Source: a virus. From it: a DNA stretch of 64,000 nucleotides. Position 1 is the stretch's first letter. Every line of letters starts with the position of its first letter. Under the pieces are notes generated by a model, which was not told the origin of the DNA, did no database searches, and saw only the letters and a program-made list of their open reading frames with translations. Both the position numbers and the translations under genes were made by a program. The DNA is taken from the IMG/VR virus record IMGVR_UViG_3300012936_000005, positions 21,043 to 85,042 of that record; one strand, given 5' to 3'. Of this stretch, positions 50,392-57,857 are shown one piece after another.

Positions 50392-51228
50392 ATGAATAAA
50401 CGTGTAAATTATCTAAACAACAAGGATATATTAAAAGAAATACACAAGTCAAAAGCCACATTCTGTAGCTATACTGACACTGAGTATGGACAATATGATA
50501 TAATCCTGCCTAGTATTGATAAAATTAATATTAGGACTATTGCAGAAGCAAAACGCAATAAAGCCAAAAGGCTACAACAACAAAACTTTGAACAAGCCAA
50601 ATCAGAAGGCAAAAGAGTAAAACTAGCTGAATTTGAAATTGACTATAGAAAGATACAAAAAGACGAACTTATCTTTAGAATAATGACTTTTGACCATATA
50701 CCTGAAGAACCCGGACGCAAAAAGAATCCTAAGACACCAGCAGATTATAGAGTAAAACTAAACTTTCCTCCATTTCAGCATTTTAAGTTTGATGACAATG
50801 ATCAACTTGTATGTGTAGGCAAAAGCCATTGGGAAGGTGGTATGGAAAACGGATTTTTTAATAAAGACCACGGCAAAGCTACAAATAAACTTGCCCTTAT
50901 GTGGATGAAATTATGTGATAGATATGCAACAAGAGGAAACGTTCGTGGATATACATATAATGATGAAATGAGAGGACAAGCAATACTACAACTTGCTCAG
51001 ATTGGTTTGCAATTTGATGAGTCAAAATCTAATAATCCATTTGCTTATTATACGGCGGCTGTAACAAATTCATTTGTTAGAGTTATTAATATTGAAAAGC
51101 GAAATCAAAATATCAGAGATGATATATTAGAGATGAATAATATGAATCCTAGTTACACTAGACAAGCATCTACTGAGTGGGATCGTGTAAAAACACAAGA
51201 AGCCAAGGAATCTATCCAAAAGAAGTAA
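50392..51228 (+). CDS. late-transcription sigma factor, T4 gp55-like
   Basis: NYLNNKD, RGYTYNDEM, FDESKSNNPFAYYT...NSF.R.INIEK; precedes gp47/gp46 as in T4-like phages. Confidence 0.85.
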   Translation: MNKRVNYLNNKDILKEIHKSKATFCSYTDTEYGQYDIILPSIDKINIRTIAEAKRNKAKRLQQQNFEQAKSEGKRVKLAEFEIDYRKIQKDELIFRIMTFDHIPEEPGRKKNPKTPADYRVKLNFPPFQHFKFDDNDQLVCVGKSHWEGGMENGFFNKDHGKATNKLALMWMKLCDRYATRGNVRGYTYNDEMRGQAILQLAQIGLQFDESKSNNPFAYYTAAVTNSFVRVINIEKRNQNIRDDILEMNNMNPSYTRQASTEWDRVKTQEAKESIQKK

Positions 51229-51236
51229 AAAAATAC

Positions 51237-51265
51237 TTGACTTAGACAAATTTTTCAAGTATAAT
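51237..51265 (+). promoter_or_regulatory. sigma70-type promoter for the gp47/gp46 operon
   Basis: TTGACT-17 nt-TATAAT; overlapped by the inverted repeat ATACTTGA (51233-51240) / TCAAGTAT (51255-51262). Confidence 0.75.
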
Positions 51266-51284
51266 ATACAAAACAGGAGTACGA

Positions 51285-52295
51285 ATGTTTAAGAAAGCGG
51301 CGGTATTTACAGATATTCACCTTGGGTTGAAGTCTAACAGTAGGCTACATCTTCAAGATTGTGAAGACTTTGTAGATTGGTTTATAGAACAAGCTAAAGA
51401 AAACGGTTGTGAGACCGGTATCTTTTGTGGTGATTGGCATCACAACAGAAATACTATTAATGTACAAACACTTGATAGCACAACTAGGTGTCTTGAAAAA
51501 CTAGGTGCGGCATTTGAAAAGTTTTATTTCTTTGCAGGTAACCACGATTTATATTACAAAGACAAACGTGATTTATACAGCCTTGAGTTTGGTAAACACA
51601 TTCCCGGTATTACATACGTAGATGAAATATTAGAAATAGATGATGTTGCATTAGTCCCATGGCTAGTAGGTGATGAATGGAAAAAGATTAGTAATATCAA
51701 AGCAAGATATATATTTGGTCATTTTGAATTGCCAAGTTTTTATATGAATGCTATGGTACAGATGCCTGATCATGGAGAACTAAAAGCAGAACACTTTAAA
51801 CATCAAGAATATGTATTCTCCGGACATTTTCACAAACGTCAAATACAAGGATCAATCCATTATATGGGTAACGCATTTCCGCACAACTATGCAGATGCAT
51901 GGGATGACAAACGTGGTATGATGATTCTTGACAAAGAAAATAACAAAGAACCACAATACATTGATTGGCTAGACTGTCCTAAGTATAGAACAGTAAAACT
52001 AAGTCAGCTATTAGATGACAAAGACAAACTACTTAAATCTAAAATGTATCTTAGAGTAACACTTGACTTACCTATAAGTTATGAAGAAGCGAGTTTTATC
52101 AAAGAAACATTTATCAATGATTATGATTGTAGAGAAATTACACTTATTCCAAGTCAAAAAGATGAGGAAATACACACCGACATTGACATTACACAATTTG
52201 AAAGTGTAGATGAAATTGTTACAAAGGAAATCACTGCATTGGATACAGAAAACTACAATAAGAAAATGCTATTAGGAATCTATGACGAACTATGA
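51285..52295 (+). CDS. recombination endonuclease subunit, T4 gp47/Mre11/SbcD-like
   Basis: DIH, GDW, GNHD, GHFE and SGHFH metallophosphoesterase motifs. Confidence 0.92.
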   Translation: MFKKAAVFTDIHLGLKSNSRLHLQDCEDFVDWFIEQAKENGCETGIFCGDWHHNRNTINVQTLDSTTRCLEKLGAAFEKFYFFAGNHDLYYKDKRDLYSLEFGKHIPGITYVDEILEIDDVALVPWLVGDEWKKISNIKARYIFGHFELPSFYMNAMVQMPDHGELKAEHFKHQEYVFSGHFHKRQIQGSIHYMGNAFPHNYADAWDDKRGMMILDKENNKEPQYIDWLDCPKYRTVKLSQLLDDKDKLLKSKMYLRVTLDLPISYEEASFIKETFINDYDCREITLIPSQKDEEIHTDIDITQFESVDEIVTKEITALDTENYNKKMLLGIYDEL

Positions 52296-54067
52296 TTAAA
52301 ATTAAAAGTTTAACTGTTAAGAATTTTATGAGTGTGGGTAATCAAACCCAGGCTGTTGATTTTGACAAACAACAACTAACGCTTGTACTAGGAGAAAACC
52401 TTGATCAAGGCGGTGACGACAGCGGATCACGTAATGGTACAGGTAAAACTACTATTGTAAACGCATTAAGTTATGCATTATATGGACTTGCGTTAACAAA
52501 TATTAAACGCAACAATCTTATTAACAAAACTAACAACAAAGGTATGTTAGTTACTCTGACATTTGAAAAAGATGGTAGAGAATACAAGATTGAAAGAGGT
52601 AGAGGACCTAATCTTCTTAAATTTTATGTAGATGGACAAGAGCAAGAAATGCTAGATGAGTCGCAAGGCGATTCACGTAAGACTCAAGAAGACATTATTG
52701 ATCTGTTAGGTATGTCCCATAATATGTTCAAGCATGTTGTGGCACTAAACACATACACAGAACCTTTCTTAAGTATGCGAGTAAATGATCAAAAGGATAT
52801 TATTGAACAGTTGCTTGGTATTACAATCCTTAGTGAAAAGGCCGAAGTACTTAAAGACAAACTTAGACAAACAAGAGAAGCAATTACAGACGAAACAGCT
52901 CGTATTAATGCTATTGAAACTAGTAATGAACGTATTGGAGAAACAATACGCAGTTTGCAAACAAAACAAAGTGCTTGGACTACAAAACAGCAACAAGATA
53001 TTACAAAGTTAGAGCGTTCAATCGACGAACTAGAGCATTTAAATGTAGAAGAAGAACTAGACAAGCACGAAAAACTGTCAACTTGGGAAGAACAAAATAA
53101 TGCTATTTTGGCTCTTAAAAAGGAATTAAGCACACTTGAGCCTGCATTAGTACGTGCAGACAATTCTGTAGAAAAAGCACAAAAAGACTCAGAAAATTTA
53201 GATCAAGGTACTTGTCATACATGCGGACAAACACTACACGACGACAAAAAAGAAGAACTAGCAGTCAAAAAAAATAAAGAACTTGAAGATGCAATAGCAT
53301 ATCAAAAAGAAGTAGGTGATAAAGTAGTTGATGTTACACAAGCACTAGAAGAAATTGGAGATATCAATGGTAAGCCTACTACATTCTATGAAACTATCAA
53401 AGAAGTTTACGATCATAAACAAAATGTTGCACAATTACAAGAAGCTCTTAGCCGTGCAAAAGCAGAAGTAGATCCTTATCAAGAACAAATTGACGAACTA
53501 AAGAATAGTGCAATACAAGAAATTGACTGGAATACTGTAAACGATCTTACAAGTTACAAAGAACACCAAGACTTTATGTTAAAACTGCTTACCAACAAAG
53601 ACAGTTTTATACGTAAGAAAATTATTGATCAAAACTTGGCATATCTAAACAACAGACTTACACATTATCTTGATAAACTAGGATTACCACATCAAGTTGT
53701 GTTCCAAAATGACCTTGCTGTAGAAATCACACAATTAGGACAAGATTTAGACTTTGATAATCTATCAAGAGGTGAGCGTAATAGACTAATACTTGGTATG
53801 AGCTTTGCATTCCGTGATGTTTGGGAGAGCTTGTATCAAAATATCAACTTGTTATTCATCGATGAGCTTATTGATAGCGGTATGGATACTAGCGGAGTTG
53901 AGAATTCACTAGGTATTCTCAAGAAGATGGGTCGTGAAAGAGATAAAAATGTATATCTTATCTCACACAAAGACGAACTAGTAGGAAGAGTAACACATGT
54001 TCTCAAAGTAATAAAGGAAAACGGATTCACATCATATGAGAATGATGTTGAAATACATAATGAATGA
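52292..54067 (+). CDS. recombination ATPase subunit, T4 gp46/Rad50/SbcC-like
   Basis: KNFMS, Walker A NGTGKTT, coiled coil with CHTC zinc hook, LSRGE signature, FIDE Walker B, ISH. Confidence 0.93.
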   Translation: MIKIKSLTVKNFMSVGNQTQAVDFDKQQLTLVLGENLDQGGDDSGSRNGTGKTTIVNALSYALYGLALTNIKRNNLINKTNNKGMLVTLTFEKDGREYKIERGRGPNLLKFYVDGQEQEMLDESQGDSRKTQEDIIDLLGMSHNMFKHVVALNTYTEPFLSMRVNDQKDIIEQLLGITILSEKAEVLKDKLRQTREAITDETARINAIETSNERIGETIRSLQTKQSAWTTKQQQDITKLERSIDELEHLNVEEELDKHEKLSTWEEQNNAILALKKELSTLEPALVRADNSVEKAQKDSENLDQGTCHTCGQTLHDDKKEELAVKKNKELEDAIAYQKEVGDKVVDVTQALEEIGDINGKPTTFYETIKEVYDHKQNVAQLQEALSRAKAEVDPYQEQIDELKNSAIQEIDWNTVNDLTSYKEHQDFMLKLLTNKDSFIRKKIIDQNLAYLNNRLTHYLDKLGLPHQVVFQNDLAVEITQLGQDLDFDNLSRGERNRLILGMSFAFRDVWESLYQNINLLFIDELIDSGMDTSGVENSLGILKKMGRERDKNVYLISHKDELVGRVTHVLKVIKENGFTSYENDVEIHNE

Positions 54068-54468
54068 TAATAGATAAGATTAAATCACGTGGCGAAGAAA
54101 TGAGTCCTTTGGAAGGGCATGATAGATTACAGTATATCATTGATCTTGCCAAGGAAGTACCTCCATTATCAGAAGAACACAAAACAGAAGATAATAAAAT
54201 CAGAGGTTGTGTAAGTAGTCTATGGGTAGTAGGTAAAGCAAATAATGATGGAACCATGTCATATCAACATGATGCTGAATCATACATGACCAAAGGCACA
54301 GCAAAAGTAATTGTAGATATTGTAAATGGTGAACAAAAAAGCGAAATAGCAAATTTAACACTAGAAAGTTTCCGCGGATTGGGTATTAAAGAATTACTAA
54401 CCATGCAGAGACAGGTTGGATTTGCCAGCTTGATACAACGTATCATAGGAATAGCACAAAATGGATGA
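54064..54468 (+). CDS. sufE: SufE-family sulfur-acceptor protein (Fe-S cluster assembly)
   Basis: DRLQYIIDLAK..P, NKIRGCVSSLW (catalytic Cys), DAES..TKG, LGI.ELLTMQRQVG. Confidence 0.85.
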   Translation: MIIDKIKSRGEEMSPLEGHDRLQYIIDLAKEVPPLSEEHKTEDNKIRGCVSSLWVVGKANNDGTMSYQHDAESYMTKGTAKVIVDIVNGEQKSEIANLTLESFRGLGIKELLTMQRQVGFASLIQRIIGIAQNG

Positions 54469-54658
54469 TACGCACGATAAATTAACTAAGGCATATATGG
54501 CATATTTTAAGGCAAACGAGAAATTCGAAGCTCGTAATTCTGTACGAACACATAGAGAAAGCAGAAAATGGTTACGTGAGATAAGATTACTAGCCAAAGA
54601 ACGTATGGATGAAATTCACTACAAACACAATTCCAAAAAAGAGGCCCCAGAATCATAG
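54461..54658 (+). CDS. small basic helical protein
   Basis: 65 aa; ANEKFEARNSVRTHRESRKWL; overlaps the sufE stop. Confidence 0.7.
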   Translation: MDDTHDKLTKAYMAYFKANEKFEARNSVRTHRESRKWLREIRLLAKERMDEIHYKHNSKKEAPES

Positions 54659-54676
54659 GCGACGGTAAGTACCAAT

Positions 54677-55099
54677 ATGCAATGGACTTATCAAGGTGAA
54701 AATGTTGAAGAAATACCAGAGGATGTAGAAGCATTTGTCTACTTGATAACAAATACAGTCAATGGCATGAAGTACGTAGGCAAGAAACTAGCAAAATTCA
54801 AAACAACGAAGCCACCGCTAAAAGGCAAAAAAAACAAAAGACGTGGAACAAAGGAGTCAGACTGGAGAGACTATTGGGGATCTTCAGACAGATTGATTGC
54901 GGATGTTGCACAACTAGGCGAAGACAAATTCACTAGAGAAATATTATACTACTGTCCAAGCAGAGGCATTGCAAGTTACTTAGAGGCCAGAGAACAATTT
55001 GAACGCAGAGTACTAGAAAATGATGATTACTACAATGGAATTATCAATGTACGTGTAGGCGGTTCAAAAATTCTTAAAGAACACTTAAAAACATTATAG
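54677..55099 (+). CDS. stand-alone GIY-YIG family endonuclease
   Basis: AFVYLITN...KYVGKK (GIY-YIG-like pair), YWGSS, FTREIL, conserved E (YLEA), YYN; no C-terminal DNA-binding domain. Confidence 0.75.
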   Translation: MQWTYQGENVEEIPEDVEAFVYLITNTVNGMKYVGKKLAKFKTTKPPLKGKKNKRRGTKESDWRDYWGSSDRLIADVAQLGEDKFTREILYYCPSRGIASYLEAREQFERRVLENDDYYNGIINVRVGGSKILKEHLKTL

Positions 55100-55104
55100 G
55101 CAAA

Positions 55105-55560
55105 ATACGGATACTGTTTGATCGGGGTTGCTCGATCCGCTTTGAGGACATGACCACATGTTCAGAACTAGCGAATCCACCAGGCTGTATGCTACGAAAA
55201 CTCCACGCAAGGGAACGAAGCGGGAGATAGCGAAGAAATCCGCGAAGCGGTAAAGCGGTTTTGCAAATTTTTTCGTGATGTCGACGTAGGTTGGGAAAGG
55301 TCAGAGCCCATGTAGCAAAGTCAAATACCTACTTCCGAATCTCGGCTGTGACGAACTCACATGAAGACCAAGATTAGATGGAACCGCTGTTAGGTTCCGT
55401 CTGACTGAAACAATCTACATGAAGCAATTACAATATCACTTACGTGATATTGCTTTAATTCAAGTAATTACTTCTATCACAAACGAAGTGTAAAGTTTGA
55501 GCGTAAGCGAAAACTAAATGAGCTTTAGCTCATTTCTAATTATTCTTGTAAACAGTCCAT
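55105..55560 (+). ncRNA. candidate large structured non-coding RNA (~450 nt)
   Basis: ORF-free and GC-richer than the genome; terminal helix 55109-55120/55549-55558; several internal helices with G-U pairs that only work on the + strand; GNRA-capped hairpin. Confidence 0.6.
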
Positions 55561-55618
55561 AACAATACTAGAGTTATTAATATAAAGTATACGTATGGAT
55601 TGCACATCTGATGAATAT

Positions 55619-55804
55619 TTAGTGTAATTCCGGATCTCTTCCAAAGCCTGGTTTGACACTGCTAACTTCGAAAGTTTCATATCTAAGTTCTAAATGAGGC
55701 TGTTGTTCACGCATAGTATCAATATACTGTACTGCTTCTTCAATGCTGTTTAGAACTTCGATTTCGTTATCCGCGTTGTCAACAATGCGATATCGTGTTA
55801 TCAT
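55619..55804 (-). CDS. small hypothetical protein
   Basis: 61 aa, ATTAAATA late-type motif 6 nt before the ATG. Confidence 0.65.
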   Translation of the reverse strand: MITRYRIVDNADNEIEVLNSIEEAVQYIDTMREQQPHLELRYETFEVSSVKPGFGRDPELH

Positions 55805-55839
55805 AATTGATATTTAATATGTAATTATCAATTCAAAAG

Positions 55840-55847
55840 TATAAATA
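55840..55847 (+). promoter_or_regulatory. T4-type late promoter TATAAATA
   Basis: Exact T4 late consensus upstream of the GGGAG SD and ATG at 55869. Confidence 0.75.
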
Positions 55848-55868
55848 TAATTAATCGGGAGACTAACT

Positions 55869-56645
55869 ATGAAAGTATACGACGTTTTAACAGAATCTAA
55901 GCAAGTTGACGAAGGTCCTATTAGATTTTTAAAAAGAACACTGGGAAAAAACACAGCTATGGGCAAAGCCGCACAGCTAGATGTTGAATTAGACAAAGAA
56001 GTGTCTGATATATACAAAGACTTTGTTGCTGTAAGCAAACAAGATCCTAAAATGGGCGGTATGACTGCTAAAGGACTTGCTAATTTTCTAAAAGCAAAAG
56101 GTTTTGTAAGTAAACCTAGTGACGTAATGTCGTATGTTAATCAAGAACCTAGTCTAGGTAGAAAAGCTTCTAAAGCAGGTAAAAAAGTTGCTAAAGGCGC
56201 TAAAGCGGCCGCTGGCGCGGCTAAGTCCGGAGCAAGCAAAGTAGGACAAGCGGCTAGCAAACTTAAGAAAAAACTTTCTCCTGAACCAACAGGACTTACT
56301 CCAGATCAACCTAATCTCCCAGGTATTGAAAGTATGTACAGTGAAGCAAGACTTATGGAAGTTGATGTAAAACTGTCCGGTGGACAAGCAAAGAAAATTA
56401 TCAAACGTTTTGTACAGCAAGGCTTTCAAAAGCAAATGGGCAACAGACTATCTAAAAGTAGTTACGGCGATGCTCCTGCAGATACAGCTAAAGGATCTAG
56501 TTCAAATACGGCTAGTGCATCTAGTTCTAAATCAGATGCGAAAGCAATGGCAACTCCTACAATGGACGTTGCAAGTGCAATTAAGTTTTTGAGATCACAA
56601 GGTTATACTGTAACTGCTCCTAAGAAACAAAAGCAAAAAGCATAA
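55869..56645 (+). CDS. Lys/Ala-rich protein, possible internal head protein
   Basis: Late promoter; N-terminal LTE/VDE motifs; basic KA-rich central region. Confidence 0.6.
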   Translation: MKVYDVLTESKQVDEGPIRFLKRTLGKNTAMGKAAQLDVELDKEVSDIYKDFVAVSKQDPKMGGMTAKGLANFLKAKGFVSKPSDVMSYVNQEPSLGRKASKAGKKVAKGAKAAAGAAKSGASKVGQAASKLKKKLSPEPTGLTPDQPNLPGIESMYSEARLMEVDVKLSGGQAKKIIKRFVQQGFQKQMGNRLSKSSYGDAPADTAKGSSSNTASASSSKSDAKAMATPTMDVASAIKFLRSQGYTVTAPKKQKQKA

Positions 56646-56647
56646 TC

Positions 56648-56884
56648 CTACCAAAAAGGCATACCTGACTTTTTAGCAGATTCCATATTTTCTTTGATAA
56701 GGTCTGAAATTATAGCTCTATCGTCCATGTCTAACAAATAACAATCGTCTAACGGTATTCCGCCACGCATCCACCAAGAGATACGTATCATCTCATTTTT
56801 TATTTGCTTGACCTCGCCCTCTAGGACCTTAACCTCGTTTTGGATTTTTTCGAGGCTCCACGTTAAGATCCTTATCCGAAAAAA
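56648..56884 (-). CDS. -1 frame extension of the gp26-like gene (gp51-like/GT-type chaperone tail); 47 aa if started from the ATG at 56791
   Basis: Not in the ORF track. Frame opens exactly at the T TTT TTC slippery site: FFRIRILTWSLEKIQNEVKVLEGEVKQIKNEMIRISWWMRGGIPLDD...SGMPFW*. Confidence 0.7.
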   Translation of the reverse strand, partial: FFRIRILTWSLEKIQNEVKVLEGEVKQIKNEMIRISWWMRGGIPLDDCYLLDMDDRAIISDLIKENMESAKKSGMPFW

Positions 56885-57780
56885 TTACCTTGGTCGAATG
56901 TAATAGGTATTTCGTAAGTAGAATCAGCCCCTGCTTCCATTTCTTCATCAGTGGCTTTTACTTCTAATGGTTGCTGTGTAAATTTTTTCTTTTCAGCTTC
57001 AATATGATCTTTGATCTGATTGAAAATTTTTGCATCAGTATTCATCAAAAATTCTTTCAAGTGTACTGGATTAACTACAGCCTCAGGTGAATCATCTGGT
57101 TGAATAGCTATTACACTTTTAACAAGTGTTTCAACATTTAAATCTGTAAGTTTAGAAAAACTAGTTTGGAATTTTTTAAGTTTTTCTTCATTGCCTAGAT
57201 CATCATTGTCTATGATTGAAAAAATTCTTTGTTCTTCAAATGCTTTGATCATTCCTTGAGTGATTGTTCTATAATCCAAAGGTTGGATCTGAACTTTGAA
57301 ACCATCAATTGCAAAAGTATGAACAAATTCTTTTGACATATAATTGTCAAAAATTGTTTGAAGACTTAGTTCAAAGTCTTTATTAATATTGGTTTTAGGA
57401 ATAGTTGCTGACATTGACATCTTTTCTCCAAAACTTGCACGTCTAATTGCAATTAGGATAATGTCTAAATCAATTGATGGACACTTCCATGCGTCTTTGA
57501 TATTAGGCATACAACTTTGAATTACATCAACTGTTGCTTGTCCGTTTAATAATGCATCGGGAGTCTTAAACGTAATCTCATCCTTTGCTGTCATTGCGTA
57601 AACTGGGTATTCACCGTTTTCCGTCTTTTCCAAAGACTTACCTGGCCAATACTCACCGTTACTTGGCAATTTGATGTAGATCTTTGGTTGTCTAAGGTGT
57701 TTCGCTAATGGGTTACCTTGCGGTTGTGCCATTGGAATACCTTGCTGTCCCATGTTTGGTGGGAAGTTATTATCTACCAT
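56872..57780 (-). CDS. baseplate hub/tail assembly chaperone, T4 gp26-like
   Basis: RQPKIYIKLPS.G, YAMTAKDEI, IDLDIILIAIRRASFGE, ends NFF like gp26-family proteins. Confidence 0.75.
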   Translation of the reverse strand: MVDNNFPPNMGQQGIPMAQPQGNPLAKHLRQPKIYIKLPSNGEYWPGKSLEKTENGEYPVYAMTAKDEITFKTPDALLNGQATVDVIQSCMPNIKDAWKCPSIDLDIILIAIRRASFGEKMSMSATIPKTNINKDFELSLQTIFDNYMSKEFVHTFAIDGFKVQIQPLDYRTITQGMIKAFEEQRIFSIIDNDDLGNEEKLKKFQTSFSKLTDLNVETLVKSVIAIQPDDSPEAVVNPVHLKEFLMNTDAKIFNQIKDHIEAEKKKFTQQPLEVKATDEEMEAGADSTYEIPITFDQGNFFG

Positions 57781-57857
57781 GTTTATTTCTCCTGCTAAAT
57801 AGTATTAACATATATGTGTATGTATTTATGGATTCGGATTAAGTGAGCATTTAATTA

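Noticed and set aside
54677-55099. Mobile homing endonuclease or intron
   Set aside because: No DNA-binding extension and no split host gene; treated as a stand-alone nuclease.
55290-55410. RNase P RNA, tmRNA or group I intron identity for the structured element
   Set aside because: Only a loose CR-I-like string; no recognisable CR-V, tRNA-like ends or tag ORF, and no interrupted gene. Left unassigned pending cmscan.
55600-55640. Hammerhead ribozyme suggested by CTGATGA at 55608-55614
   Set aside because: No properly placed GAAA and flanking stems were found.
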